64,000 nt of DNA from positions 141,422,001-141,486,000 of the forward strand of contig NC_042998.1 in the NCBI RefSeq assembly GCF_006345805.1, written 5' to 3'. Below, piece after piece: positions 51,666 through 64,000 of this stretch. The notes under the pieces are model-generated. The model was given only the letters and a program-made list of their open reading frames with translations. It did no database searches and was not told the origin of the DNA. Position 1 is the stretch's first letter. Each line of letters starts with the position of its first letter. The position numbers and the translations under genes are program-made. The stretch is from Octopus sinensis (lineage: Eukaryota).

Positions 51666-52448
51666 CCGCCCTTCTTGTAAAAGTATAATACGTACTCTAC
51701 AAAAAATTGAGTACGTCTTCAGTTTAATGTTAAATTGTTGTTATAACTAAACAAAATAATCAAACATTGATGTATGTGTGTGATATCAAAAGTTGACAGT
51801 CGACTCGTTCGCGACTGTGGGTGTTTTTTTTTAATATAAACGTTCAGAAAAATGTAAGGTATATAACTCGAACTTATGAGGGAGACGTTATAGCGTAGTG
51901 TAAGGGTTCTAAAATATAAATATTTATACTATTTTACAGAGAGCAAATATCTGATTTAGAACTCTATACGCTTGGCAGAGGGGATAGATGTGCATATTAC
52001 ATCGGAAGCTGACAGTCGCGGACAACCCAACCTGGGGTTAAACTCAGAGTTAATTTTTGATACAAAACAAGCACGCACGTGCACAAACACACACACACAC
52101 ACACACAGAGGATATGGCTGAAGGATAAAGAAGTCCTTTTCGCAACCATGAAATATCGTGGGTTCAATTCCATTGAATGATATTTTGAGCAAATATCATT
52201 TTCTGTACCCTTGGATTGACTCATAGCTACAAAGCGAAATTAGGTAGACGGAAACTGTATAGAAGCCCGTTGGGTAGTTTGTATCCGAAATTCAAACGGT
52301 GCAATCTTGTCACACTGTGTCAAACTGATTCTGCTTAAGTATTACATTCAAAAGTGACTGAATATCCCAGTCACGTGGGACATTCAACCACTTACATATT
52401 AATTCAGGGACAGGTAATTCGACTGATTGAACAATTGAATCCTCATCG

Positions 52449-52835
52449 CTGAAACCTCACTTTGCAACCACTTGGTTCCAAGTTCAGTCTCATACGGCGG
52501 CACCTTGGGCAAATGTCTTCTGCTGTAGTCCTGGGCCGATCAGTGCCTCGTGAGTAAATAAACGGAATCTGTGTGGAAGCCCGTCGAATATATGTATGTG
52601 CGTATGTGTGTCTTTGTGTTTGCCTTTCCCCACCCACACCACCACTTGAAAATGGGTGTGGGTTTGTTTGCGTTCCCGTGTCGAAGCGGTTCGGCAAAAG
52701 AGAACGAAAGGAGAAGCACCAGACTTAAAAAAAGAAAAAAACAAAAAATTACTGGGGTCGATTTTTTTACTGAACCCTTCAAGGCGGTGATCCAGCAAGG
52801 TCGCATTCCAATAATCGAAACAAAGATATATGAAT
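52449..52835 (+). mobile_element. ggctgtgtgg-family SINE
   Basis: ggcaccttgggcaaatgtcttc..gcggttcggcaaaagag..ggggtcgatt. Confidence 0.8.
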
Positions 52836-53233
52836 GAGCGCGCCTCTCCTCACGCACGCGGAAACATTATTATTATTATTATTATTATTATTAAACAGCC
52901 GACCAAACTATCAGATTACTTATGACAAATGGAATGACTATGAACTATGAAAACATAGCAACACTATCAGATTTCCTTACACACACACACACACACACAA
53001 CTAGATAATCGATAATAGTAGTGCAAGATAAACTAACCAGTATTTAAGATCGCTGTGGACAAAACGAACGGATCGATACTAGGAGTAAGACATTATCAGA
53101 TCATTGTACTTAGAGAAGCATGAATCAAAGCCATAACGAGGTAAACAGAAACAACAACAACAACAGTAGCAACAACATCAATGAAGCCTATCAAATTAAC
53201 ATGAAACATCAATGACAACAACAAAGATAGTGC

Positions 53234-53273
<40 letters not shown>

Positions 53274-53604
53274 ATATATATATATATACACACACACTCA
53301 ACAAGTATGTTTCCGCTAATTTGAAGGAATTAAATTCCCGTCTTGTGAAACGAATTCTATATGAAACAACATGACGGAATTAAGAAGTCTGTTAAAGGAG
53401 CTGTGGTTGGAATTTACGATATATCACGCACACATTTGTCTCTGTCTGTCTGTTTCTGCTGTCATGACTGTGTGTAGTAAAAGAAGTTTGTTTCAGGGAT
53501 ATACGTGGTTCTGGGGTTCGACTCTGCTACGTTTGCACAGTAAGTTGTTTCCTACCATAGCATCGCCATAATAAATCTCATTTTAGGCGCATTCGTGTGA
53601 AACT

Positions 53605-53998
53605 ATATTAAACCCCCTTCAGTCATGAATGACCATGAGATTGCACCTGGAAGTTCCCTTGCTTGGACCGCAAAAACGCGCACCAGCGACCATCTACAAT
53701 GCTCAGGACAACTTGAGGTCCTGACCATTGTGGATGCACAAGTCCGGGCAATGTTGTTTATGGAATACCAGCAGTCGCCCATGCATACTTCTTCCCCTCT
53801 CTACGCCACTGATGTTATCTAAGGGAAAGGCAAACTCCGATACAGCTTGACATCAGTCACGTCGCAACTCAGTTCTACAGCCGAGTGACCTGGTTCAATG
53901 TGAAATAATGTGTTAACACACAGCCCGGCCCAGGAATCGAACTCACAACCTCATGATTGTGAGCCCGACGCCCTAACCACTGAGCCATGCACCTTCAC
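53605..53998 (-). mobile_element. tRNA-derived SINE with RTE/BovB-like tail
   Basis: Minus-strand head gaaggtgcatggctcagtggttagggcgtcgggctcacaatcatgaggttgtgagttcgattcctggg; tail ..ggtgcaatctcatggtcattcatgactgaagggggttt. Confidence 0.8.
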
Positions 53999-54027
53999 GT
54001 GAATACACACACACACACACACACACA

Positions 54028-54597
54028 CAGCGGGCAAAAAAAGAGAACGATTAATATTTTTTTTAATGTCGGAAAAGCTAGTGAACGTACAAATTCGTAA
54101 TTGGTTTCGTAAATACAGTTAACCATAAGCTAAATTCTCTGAAAAATCTAAGTTTGTACAATGGACTTAATAATAAAAGTTAATAAGTCTAACACTAATT
54201 TCGTGCAAATGTCTCATGTGCAAAATAAGAGAACGATTAGATTCCTTCAGAAATTTCTGAAGATTTCAAACATTGTTTACATTTGCAGGCTCAACGTTAC
54301 TACCATCTCAGTATTGTGCTAGCTTCCGAATATGGCATACCACGCTAAAGTTACTCTCGACTTCAGAAAAGAAATTGTAAGGATGAAAGTTTCAGGAATG
54401 ACTCTCTCGGCTATTTCACGAAACGTAAGGAGATTTAAGAGTGTAGTTTCACGTGTTCTTAAGCTCTATGAAAAGACCAAAGGTTTTGAACCGAAAAAAG
54501 CAACTGGTAGACCACGCAAAACCACCATGCGAAATGATCGAGCCATGAAACGGTACATATTGAAGGATCCTTTCGAAGCTGCGGCTGGAATTTCTAA
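54028..54597 (+). mobile_element. Tc1-like transposon 5' fragment (IR/DR-type left end and paired-like DNA-binding domain)
   Basis: ORF 54332: MAYHAKVTLDFRKEIV..GMTLSAISRNV..VSRVLK..GRPRKTT..DR..KDPF; direct repeats caaaa(a/t)aagagaacgatta at 54035 and 54221. Confidence 0.85.
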
Positions 54598-55682
54598 TTT
54601 AGAACTGCTAAACATTATTATTGCACTTCCTTGATTTGAATGTTAAACATTAAAGACTTCATTCATACATCTCTATACATACATACTTTTTTGAATGCCC
54701 ATTACTCCGATAATTCTGCAGTTTTACAGTTACACTTTTTCCATGACAGTAGATAATTTTTTTATTCCACAACGTATTTGTAGTGGCTTCATGCAGGCAT
54801 AGCGTGGATTCGATCCTCGATTGCCAGATTTCACTTAAAACTGCAACAGCGCTTTTCTCATGGTAAAACAATAGTTTTTCTATGAATGACAGCAGTTATA
54901 TATTTCCCGGGTGCCTTCGCTAAGTAGAATAATGTCTTTGCCTCTTGCCAACCTCAGGCAACCTCTCTCGCCAACTTCCAACAATCTCTCCCTCCTCCAG
55001 CTGACAGTTTTTTGTACTCTTTTCGTGACAGAAAATACATCTTTTGTGGTAGTTATAACGAAATTGCCTTCTTATATCAGAGTAATAAGGCGTTTCAATA
55101 GAACATCTTTACCCCGGGAATTACCGTGTACACCAGCTTGTATATATATATATATATATAGCTTATGAAGATATCACATTCAACATACTGAGGAGGCAAG
55201 ATAAAAACATATGTGCACAACAGTGGCAGACAACTCTGCCTCAACATTGCTGGATAACAGGTACTGTCATAAAACATGTCGAACGTGCATAAGACTTATC
55301 AGCCACGAAAGACACTATTTGGGAAGAAGTTGGACGTAAGACACTAAGAAGTTACAGTCCCATGAATGAATGAACGTATAACGGCCTTTTTGATCACTGG
55401 CCAATGATATTGCAGCGACAGTAAATTCTGTGTACACACACACATTAATTCAAATTTACAGAAAACAAAAAACGAAGACAGGTAAGGGAACAACAAACAA
55501 GTGTATTAATTTGACGCTAGGGAAGAATGAAAAAGTCAATGACGTTCGGAGCCTACGTTCTTCGACAGAAAGAGTTGGAAGGTAAAAAAAAATGGATTGA
55601 GAATGGAAAAAACGGAGAGGAGAAATGTGTAGGGGTTAACGGTTCAACCCACACACACACATATTAATTTAATATAAAATCA

Positions 55683-55862
55683 CACAACCGAAAGAGCTAT
55701 TAATAGTTTCATGTTTTACGATACTTTAACTAAGTATATTTATATAATATGCCATGTACCTTCAAGCAATCTTTCAGGCTTGAAGATACATGACGTATTT
55801 TATAAATATGCCTGCTCAAGTATCATAAAAGCATGAAACTATTAGTAGCTCTTTCAGTTGTG
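55683..55862. repeat. 180-bp fold-back with hammerhead 3' halves at both ends
   Basis: cacaaccgaaagagctattaatagtttcatg / catgaaactattagtagctctttcagttgtg; inner catgtaccttcaagc / gcttgaagatacatg. Confidence 0.85.
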
Positions 55863-56332
55863 TATTTAAATCGATATTTATCTCTCACTGGATGGAGTTC
55901 TTTTTTTTTTTTTTGCTGATTCTACCTCTATTAGATCTTCCCCTCCTCTCTCCATCTCTCTCTGTTACAGCTTTCTCACTGTTCCCCTGACAATACAATA
56001 AGACTACTGCACCCTAAATAAACCACTACGAAAACAAGTGGTATTCAAAAAGACAATATGTAGCACATATATTAACTTCAGTAGTATGCAATCTACAAGC
56101 GAATCTATACAGAGAATATTTATCAGAGGAGGAACCAAAGCCATGTACTGTCTTAGATATTTATTTTTAGTTGTGTCGCCAGCATGATGGCTACGACAAG
56201 GAAAAACAAAAGACAATATGCTAGAAGAGTGTCGGTATATCATATCTGTATAATGAAGAAATTCTCTTCACGAGCATGTGGTCTTGAGTTCGATTCCTCG
56301 ATTCCACTGTGCATGGTAAGTATTTTCTACCA

Positions 56333-56499
56333 CGTGAGCTACTTCAAGTTTCATGCTTGGACGGTGTAGTAATGAAATAACACAGCGTATCGTACGGTAC
56401 GCTATGTTATTTGGGCTTAAATGATTGTCGAGTCCTAAAATATTATACACGCCTGTACGATTACTGACTATCTGAGCATAAAACTTAAAGTAGCTCACG
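56333..56499. repeat. Fold-back with GAAAC..GTA ends and an internal hairpin
   Basis: cgtgagctacttcaagtttcatgct / agcataaaacttaaagtagctcacg; inner aaataacacagcgta..tacgctatgttattt. Confidence 0.75.
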
Positions 56500-57191
56500 C
56501 ATAACTCCTGTATCAATTAAATAAGTCATGCATTAACTGAAGTATTACTCAATACCTTTAAGAAGAGTATCGCATTTATTTTATTTTAACAAAATGGTTG
56601 ACAGTAACTTCGAAGTTTTAACTTAGTCTTCTTTGATAAAGGCAAGTACGCCGAAATTTCAAAGTCACAGTCAACTTTTTATTGTGGAAATAAAGTAGGT
56701 GTGTGTGTTTGTGGGGATGTTAAAAAAAATTATGAAAGCAGATAGGGCTAACTAACCTCCAAGATAACGCCAAACGTATTTTAAATGTTTGTCAATAAAT
56801 AAAAGCACACACAAAAAAAGCCTTTATAAACCATCCAGCAATCATTTGGGTAGCTTACAAATGGGTTACGGCAACCTACCCTGACATTTTAAACCTGTAG
56901 TTTTCTAATCAATAGATTCTCTTGTGGATATCTTCTGGAATTGAATGGAAAATACTGAAAGAAGTTAACAGAGGCTAATTAATGGATTTATTGAAAACTG
57001 AGAGGAAACGATTTCATCAATTTTTGTTTTACTTCATCCATCACAAATGCATTGAATCAGCAACTTAGGGGGAAAAAACAAACAAAAAGAAAAACCAAAC
57101 CAAACCATACCAAAATATCTTCACTATCACAACAATCATCTTCATTAGTTCAATGACAGCTTCATGATTGTCTGTAGCATTCTGTCATGAG

Positions 57192-57272
<81 letters not shown>

Positions 57273-57514
57273 ATATATCTATATATATATATATATATTA
57301 GTATTTTAGATATATTCTGTATTAACTCATCTTGTTCCCTATGAAAAGAACGAATCTTCCTACCCCAGGTCTTAACTCGGTTCTCCTGGCTGTTCTGGTT
57401 ATATTTAATGCCAGTTAATTACGAAATCCATTCAAATACACCTTCCATGCTGGTATTTTCTTTCTTTCTCTCTCTCTTCTCTCGTATTCTTATGATCATT
57501 ATACACTTTAACAG

Positions 57515-57544
57515 GGAATTACAGCTGGCAGGCAGGCAAAGTTG
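57515..57544 (+). other. Candidate 30-nt microexon
   Basis: Pyrimidine tract ..ctttaacag| then 30 nt, then |gtaagt; stop-free in all three frames. Confidence 0.3.
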
Positions 57545-57894
57545 GTAAGTCGATAGTTTGTATCCAGTCACCATTGTTGTACTGTAATATTGCTAATCAT
57601 AAAATAAAGCCTTATTTTAAAGAGATTCGCTTTATCAGGATCTACATACTCAGACATTCTAACTGCAAACAAAACAGAGCCATCAAGCTGAGAGGCAAAC
57701 GTTCACCTCACCCAATATCGTGGACTCTACTGTCACAGCCATGAATTTCTTTACAGAGATCAAATGTTTGTGTTTGTACGTCAGATGTCGAAGTGATCGC
57801 TCAGCAACATGAAATGAAGTGTTTTGTTCAAGAGCACATTGCATTTCATCGCCCGGTCTGAGAATCGATTAGGCCATGCACCATCACCAGTATA

Positions 57895-58095
57895 TTCTTT
57901 TCTACTCTAGGCACAAAGTCCGAAATTCTGGAGGAAGTGGGGCCAGTCGATTGGATCGACCCCAGTACACAATTGGTACTTAATTTATCGACCCCGAAAG
58001 GATGAAAGGCACAGTCGACCTCGGCGGAATTTGAACTCAGAACATAAAGACAGGCGAAATACCGCTAAGCATTTCGCCCGGCGTGCTAACGTTAC
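57895..58095 (-). mobile_element. Young GGCGGCGAG-head SINE, uninterrupted at the site used by the 46975 insertion
   Basis: tatcgaccccgaaaggatgaaaggcacagtcgacctcggcggaatttgaactcag..ccgctaagcatttcgcccggcgtgctaacgtt. Confidence 0.9.
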
Positions 58096-58254
58096 AACTA
58101 ATAAATATTACAAACCCATGTCTCCTCCCTGTATATTCTATTACTACTACAATTACAATCTGGTATTTCTTTAAACTCGGTTTAAAATACCAATTGCTGA
58201 AAGGGGCAACTGAACTACTAAATGTTAAGTACCACATCTCTAATATATTCTTTT

Positions 58255-58505
58255 ATTCTTTTATTTGTTTCAGTCATCTGACTGCGGCCATGCTGGAGTA
58301 TCGTCCTGAAGGGTTTTAGCCGAATAAATCGACCCCAGGATTTATTTTTTAAAGCCTAGTACTTTTTCTAATGGACTCTTTTGCTGAACCGTTAATAGAG
58401 ACGTAAACACACCGATACCGGTTGTAAAAAAAGAGACACACATATACACGACGGGTTTCTTTCAGTTCCCGTCTACCAAACCCACTGAGAACGCTTGGGT
58501 CATCA
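58255..58505 (-). mobile_element. ggctgtgtgg-family SINE, 5'-truncated
   Basis: tttcagtcatctgactgcggccatgctggag..tttcagttcccgtctaccaaa. Confidence 0.8.
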
Positions 58506-58751
58506 GATCACCTAAAAACAGCAGCCAAATCACCCTTAAATTCCACACAACTATTGTCTTAAAATACAAAGGAAAACCCCATACAAACAAATTCAAAAGA
58601 TAATCAGAACGAAATGATTGGATATAGCTGTCAAGACGCAGATGATTTGACGTCTGATTGGACATTCAGCCTGTTGTGACAGTACTTTTTGGCACAGGAA
58701 GTAAATACACTCACGTTTGCGTGCATAGAAACACACACACACGCGCACACA

Positions 58752-58785
<34 letters not shown>

Positions 58786-59694
58786 GATTGCAATTATTAA
58801 TTGAATACGATTGACATAAACACTTTCCCTCTCCTCATACATATAAAAAGAAATATGTTCACACAATAATAAAGAGAGAGACAAACATCAGCGACGCCAA
58901 AACGGCTGTGCCTAAACGTCTCACGCTCTGAGTTTATGTCTGAAAAAAAAAAAGTGTTGAGGAGATCGTAGCTGAAACATCTTGATTATAGGTCTGATGG
59001 CTCCTGGCTTACCTGGGGTTTAGCAAGAAGCAAGAGAAATACAGCTGAGAATGCATGAGTCGAGACTAGAGATCATATGCTAGATTCCAGTTGTTTAAAA
59101 CAACAACAACCACCAGAGTAGAATTAGTCCAAGGTTGTTTGTACTTTCATGTCAGGATAACAAGGAAAACATTTCATGATTCGTATCTTGATCTTGGTTG
59201 TAACATCAAAAAGTAGAAGCAAAACAAATGGAACAGGAAAACATACATGTGTGTGTGTGTTTGAAATACTATTTACATACACATTGATTGTGAGTGTGAA
59301 ACAGTGAGAATGAGAAAATGAGAAATGACAGTAGGCATATATAGTGCAGTGCTGAATACATGATGTCATCAGAAAATAGCATGACAGATTGATCTTTAAA
59401 GAGACTTAACTTTTCATTCATTTCAATGTTTGTTAAAATCTTAACTCTCTCTCTAATATACACACACACACACAGCGTACTGTTTTGTTACTGGTAGGAT
59501 CAACAAGAAAATCACTCCATCCAGAAGAGATAGATGAGTATTATTTAATAAACACAAGATTTGAATGTGAGCTACTAGAGTTTTCATGCTTGTTGTATAG
59601 CATACTGTGTGCTATCCTGCAATCAATCAAGCTCAAAGTAGACATTAAAAATGGTTCTCTCTCTCTTTCTCATATATATATATATATATATATC

Positions 59695-60175
59695 TTCATC
59701 CTCATCATCGTTTAATGCTGGCATGGGTTGGATGGTTTGACTGGGAACTGGCAAGCCAATAGGCTGCACCAAGCTCCAATCTGATCTGGCAAGGTTTCTA
59801 CAGCTGGATGCCCGTCTTAACGCCAAACACTCCGAGAGTGTAGTGGGTGCATTTTACATGCCACTGGCATGGGAACCAGTCAGGCGGCACTGCCATCGAC
59901 CACGTTCAGATGGTGCTTTTTATGTGCCACCGGTACAGGAGCCAGTCGGGAGGAGGAGTATGAGTGTGTGTGTGTAATCTCACAGCAGTTGTAAACAAGT
60001 GTCACTGTCATACAAGAGGTGTTCTTCATGTCTAATCTTCTGTGTAAACATGTCTGGCTGTAGGGGAAATATTACATTGCTTGGAAACAAGGGTTGGTGA
60101 CAGGAAGTGCATCTGCTCCACGAATTCCATCTGATACATGCAAGCATGGAAAAAGGATAGTAAAATGATGATGAC
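59695..60175. mobile_element. Two RTE-tail SINE fragments in opposite orientations
   Basis: 59695-59950(-) catcatcgtttaa..ggcatgggttggatgg..; 59985-60175(+) ..catggaaaaaggatagtaaaatgatgatg. Confidence 0.75.
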
Positions 60176-62009
60176 CAACTGACTGAGTCCACATAGTGGG
60201 AATGAACTTTGAAAACTAGTGAAGGACTAACATATTCAAGCAGTAGTAGTAGTATTAACAGCAGCAGCAAGGGTAGTAGTAGTAGTTGCAGCAATGACAG
60301 CTGTATTTTTAGGTGAATGATTGCCCCAAATCTTAATTGGCATACAAAGAGTAGTGGTAGAGTAGTAGTAGTAGTAGTCAAGAGTTCAGTTTGCCAAATA
60401 TATATCTTAGCAGCACCAACAAAACTATGTAAAATGGTGGGAAGTGGTGATTCAAGATGGTCATGTGAGAAAAATGGATGATAGAGGATGTAGTAAAAGA
60501 CCAAGAGAATGATTAAGAATTAGATAAAGAAGAGAGAAAGAGAGAGAGAGAGAGGAAGTAGAAGGAGAGAGGAGTAGAATGACAGAGAGGAAGCGAAAGA
60601 AGAGATAGTGTTTGTGTGAGAGAGAGAAAGAGAGAGAAGATAGGAAGACAGAAAGAGAGATGAAGAGGAGTTTGAGTAGATGTATCCAATTAATGGCAAC
60701 ATGAGTTGGGTGAAGAATTAGACGTGAACAGATGATATTGAAATTGTAAATAGTTCAATTACACTAATGAAGTATGCAGTAGACTTAAGAGATTGCAGTA
60801 AGCCACAACCAACAGAGTTGGTAATTGCTATACTTCACCAAGGATAAATTTCTGTACCTTGAGTAATTTTGATTTGATTTATCCTTGGCTTGTTTTTATA
60901 TCTGTTTTCGTATGTTAGCATGGGTTAGATGGATATCTTATGGGGAACTGTTTCACTGATGGATGTTCTTCCTGTTGCTAACACTCAGCAGTACTTAAAA
61001 AAATTTTTCTAGTGAAGGAATATTTTATTGTCCTTGAATCTGCTGCTGATCCATTAACAGAAAAAAACTTATGGCAATGTCACTGCCCATAGCTACGTGA
61101 TTTTTTTTAGAAGTGCAAAGGAGGAAGGAACAAACCTAGAAACAAAGACACATGTGCACATACATATTTATATACATACATGGAGGGCTTCCATACAGTT
61201 TCTGTCTATGAAATTCACTCTGAAAGCAATGGTCGGCTCAGGACTGTAGTAGAAGACCCTTACCCAAAGTGTTGCATAGTGGAACTGAACTTGAAACTAT
61301 ATTGTTGCAAAGCTAGCATCTTAACCACACAGCCATGCCTACATCTGTTGTCGTCTTCATGATATCACTTCATTCTCCATGGCACCATTAATCAAAATTG
61401 TGAGGAATTGGTACCAGACAGACAGACCTAACTTACATTTATCTTGTTTTAAGTATGGTTTTAGTAAGATCTTCTGTGGCTTGTAGATACATCTATCATT
61501 GTATAATATATAAACAGTAGTTGCTGTTTAAAATTAACGGTCAAGCTGTAATTAGTTGATGATTTATGCTTGTCTAATTAAAAACTAAACTAGTTGGCTT
61601 AAGAAAAATAGTGGAAAAACCCTTGCCTCCAATATGATAAGAATTAAATCAATGCTTTTAATTTGAATAATTAACAATTAAAAACAATTAAGAAATTGAT
61701 ATATGACAAAGAAATAAGTTAATTTTTAAGAATAAATTGAGCAATTAATTAATGACTGTCTGACATAAATGAATGATTGTTTGATAGCATGATACATCTT
61801 ATTATTTGATGGAGTGGGTTATATACTAACTATTAATGTATATATTACTTCTCCACTGGCATTAATATCATCATTTTTACAGTTGTTCTTTTGTTTTCGA
61901 ATATATAAGATGTTATGCATGGTACTCAGATCTTTATCTCCCGTTTTCTTTCAATTGCATTATCTTCTAACCAACTTTATCAGTCATACCAATTTTTTTT
62001 TTCATAATT

Positions 62010-62460
62010 GGTGTTGGTGCCATCTTAAAAGCACTGGTGCTGGCGCCATATGAAAAGCACCCAGTACACTCTGTAAAGTGGTTGGCATTAGGAAGGGCAT
62101 CTATTTATAGAAACCATGCCAGAACAAACAACGGAGGCTTGATGTAGCCTCCAGCCTTACCAGCTCCTATCAAACCATCCAACCCATGCCAACATGGAAA
62201 ATGGACGTTAAATGTTGATGATGATGATGGTGACATTTTTCTGTTAGGATTACTAACATATATCATCATCAACCCCTGGATATTAGTGTCTTCAGTTCTA
62301 GAATACATGGGGTTGATTACCCAGTTGCCATGGTGTTAAAGTAACTGAGATTACAACAATCCCCTTGAATGGGTCACCAGTCCTTCAGAGTTACTCATTT
62401 ATGGATGAGTGGACTGGAGTAACATGTAATGAAGTGTTTTACTCAAGAACACAACACATA
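62010..62460. mobile_element. RTE-tail SINE (+, 62010-62232) and a further tRNA-SINE fragment (-, 62270-62460)
   Basis: Family motifs as elsewhere in the window. Confidence 0.75.
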
Positions 62461-63613
62461 ATCTATTCTCCTAACATGTCCATAATATTTGCAGCCAGAC
62501 AAACTTTATTTTAGGCTCTTCATCTTTAGCCCCCTTCAAACTAAAGTTGTTTGATGCGACTCCTTTTCCCCAATCCTTGCAGGTTCACAAGATAAAATAA
62601 ATCACTTTATTTCTGTACAGTTAGAGCCACTGGTGCCAAAGATATCTCTTTGATAAAAGACCCTACCCCTACTAGCTAAGAAAAGTAAAGAAATCTTGAC
62701 ATCATCACTAGTTTCCAAAAGCCACCAATGCTATCAAGCCTAGTCATGGATAACAGGCAGCCTATATATTTTATTACCTAAGTGTTTCACTGGTGTAGGT
62801 TCATAGATTTGAATGTAAACACAACTATGAATTAACTATCATTTGATATTTAGCTGACATATGTGTCATTTGTATATAATGGGGTGTTTAGAACATAAAT
62901 TAACAAGAAAGTTTGATGGAAGATTTTAACTTAGTTCACTTAAAAACAGGAAGTTTATTTTGTAGAACCAATACTGTCAGTTTCAAGTGGGTTGATATGA
63001 AAAAGGGTTAAAGATTAGCTAGAATAAATATCTAGAATAGATTCCTGAATTTGGTCATGATGACTGTGCGATTAAGTTATTGAACAACTGATCATTACAA
63101 TCGAGTGTTCAAATCTGACTACTGCAGCCATTATTTTATGCACTTGGGTATGTCTTATAACTCTGCCATCTTGGTTGATAATAGGTTTCTTTGTGTATGT
63201 TAGCATCAGAAATCGCTTCCATTTTAAAAATAATAATAATGATAAAAAAAAAAAATTTTTTTAACTTGCCCCCACAATATGCAAATATACAAATTGGTGA
63301 AAACAATTCCATATAAAGAATCAGAAAAAACATGGAAAAAATTACAGGAAACAATAACTAAGCAAAAAAATAAAAACTAGCCATTTATGTATCATACTTA
63401 ACGTATATACACTCTGTCAATAGGCCAATTACTGCAGTTTTTGTCTGGAGATAACCTCACTTCTGGACATGCTGTGTTAAAAACTCATCCCAGAAGTAGT
63501 CAGCAAAAGTGCCAGATGCATTTCAGCCTTTTTGGGCCTTTTCATTGGTGTGTAGTTGTAACTAACTACTTACTTGGATGATAATTCATCAGCTCTGATA
63601 TATGAATCAATAT

Positions 63614-63841
63614 TTAACCCTTTAGCATTTAAACAGGCTATATCTGGCCCAAATTTTCTATCTGTTTTGTATTCAAACCAATTAGATCCTGGCCCCTCAC
63701 ACCTACCCTACAATATTATGCTAAAAATAAACAATCACATTGTCGTAGGCGCAAAGTTACATGATAATGCATGATAAATTCATAACAATGTGAATAAAAA
63801 GGCATACATTTAACAGAGTAATCTGAATACTAAAGGGTTAA
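63614..63841 (-). mobile_element. piggyBac-type MITE, complete
   Basis: TTAA|ccctttagcatt ... aatactaaaggg|TTAA. Confidence 0.9.
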
Positions 63842-64000
63842 TTAAAAAAAAACAAAGCCATATATCATCTTGCTGACCACTGCTGGGATGAATTCTCATC
63901 TCTCTCTCTCTCTCTGATATTTATTGTTTTCAACATTGCAAGTTCATAAGAGATGTTATCTCCAGATAAATATTGCAGTGACTGGCCTATTGACAGTGTG

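Noticed and set aside
53920-53998. tRNA gene-like sequence (also 21221-21295, 45221-45295, 49193-49250)
   Set aside because: A/B-box-like heads run directly into SINE bodies and tails; no convincing cloverleaf.
54659-55110. Possible LINE endonuclease fragment (AVAVLSEIW)
   Set aside because: Single weak motif with no supporting neighbours.

Overview
AT-rich eukaryotic intronic/intergenic DNA. The SINE and MITE families resemble those I recognise from octopus (coleoid cephalopod) genomes, but that assignment is inference. There is no complete host ORF, and nearly all ORF-track calls are microsatellite or repeat artefacts. The window holds dozens of tRNA-derived SINEs of several families, piggyBac-, pogo- and Helitron-type non-autonomous elements, maT (DD37D) and Tc1 transposase remnants, HERO-type and RTE LINE remnants, and several Penelope-type remnants carrying minimal type-I hammerhead ribozyme motifs, often as fold-backs. 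There are also a few candidate exons of a minus-strand host gene and a sharp CpG-content boundary near 37 kb. The highlight is at 46975-49175: a 2.2-kb ORF1-only (HAL1-like, L1/Tx1-type) retroelement inserted with a 17-bp target duplication into the tRNA-like head of a SINE. Its internally duplicated ORF1 segment is A-to-G hypermutated (hand count about 33 A>G vs 2 G>A) with the ADAR 5'-neighbour signature. This is a candidate hyper-edited RNA written back into the genome. All counts are by eye and coordinates of decayed repeats are approximate.
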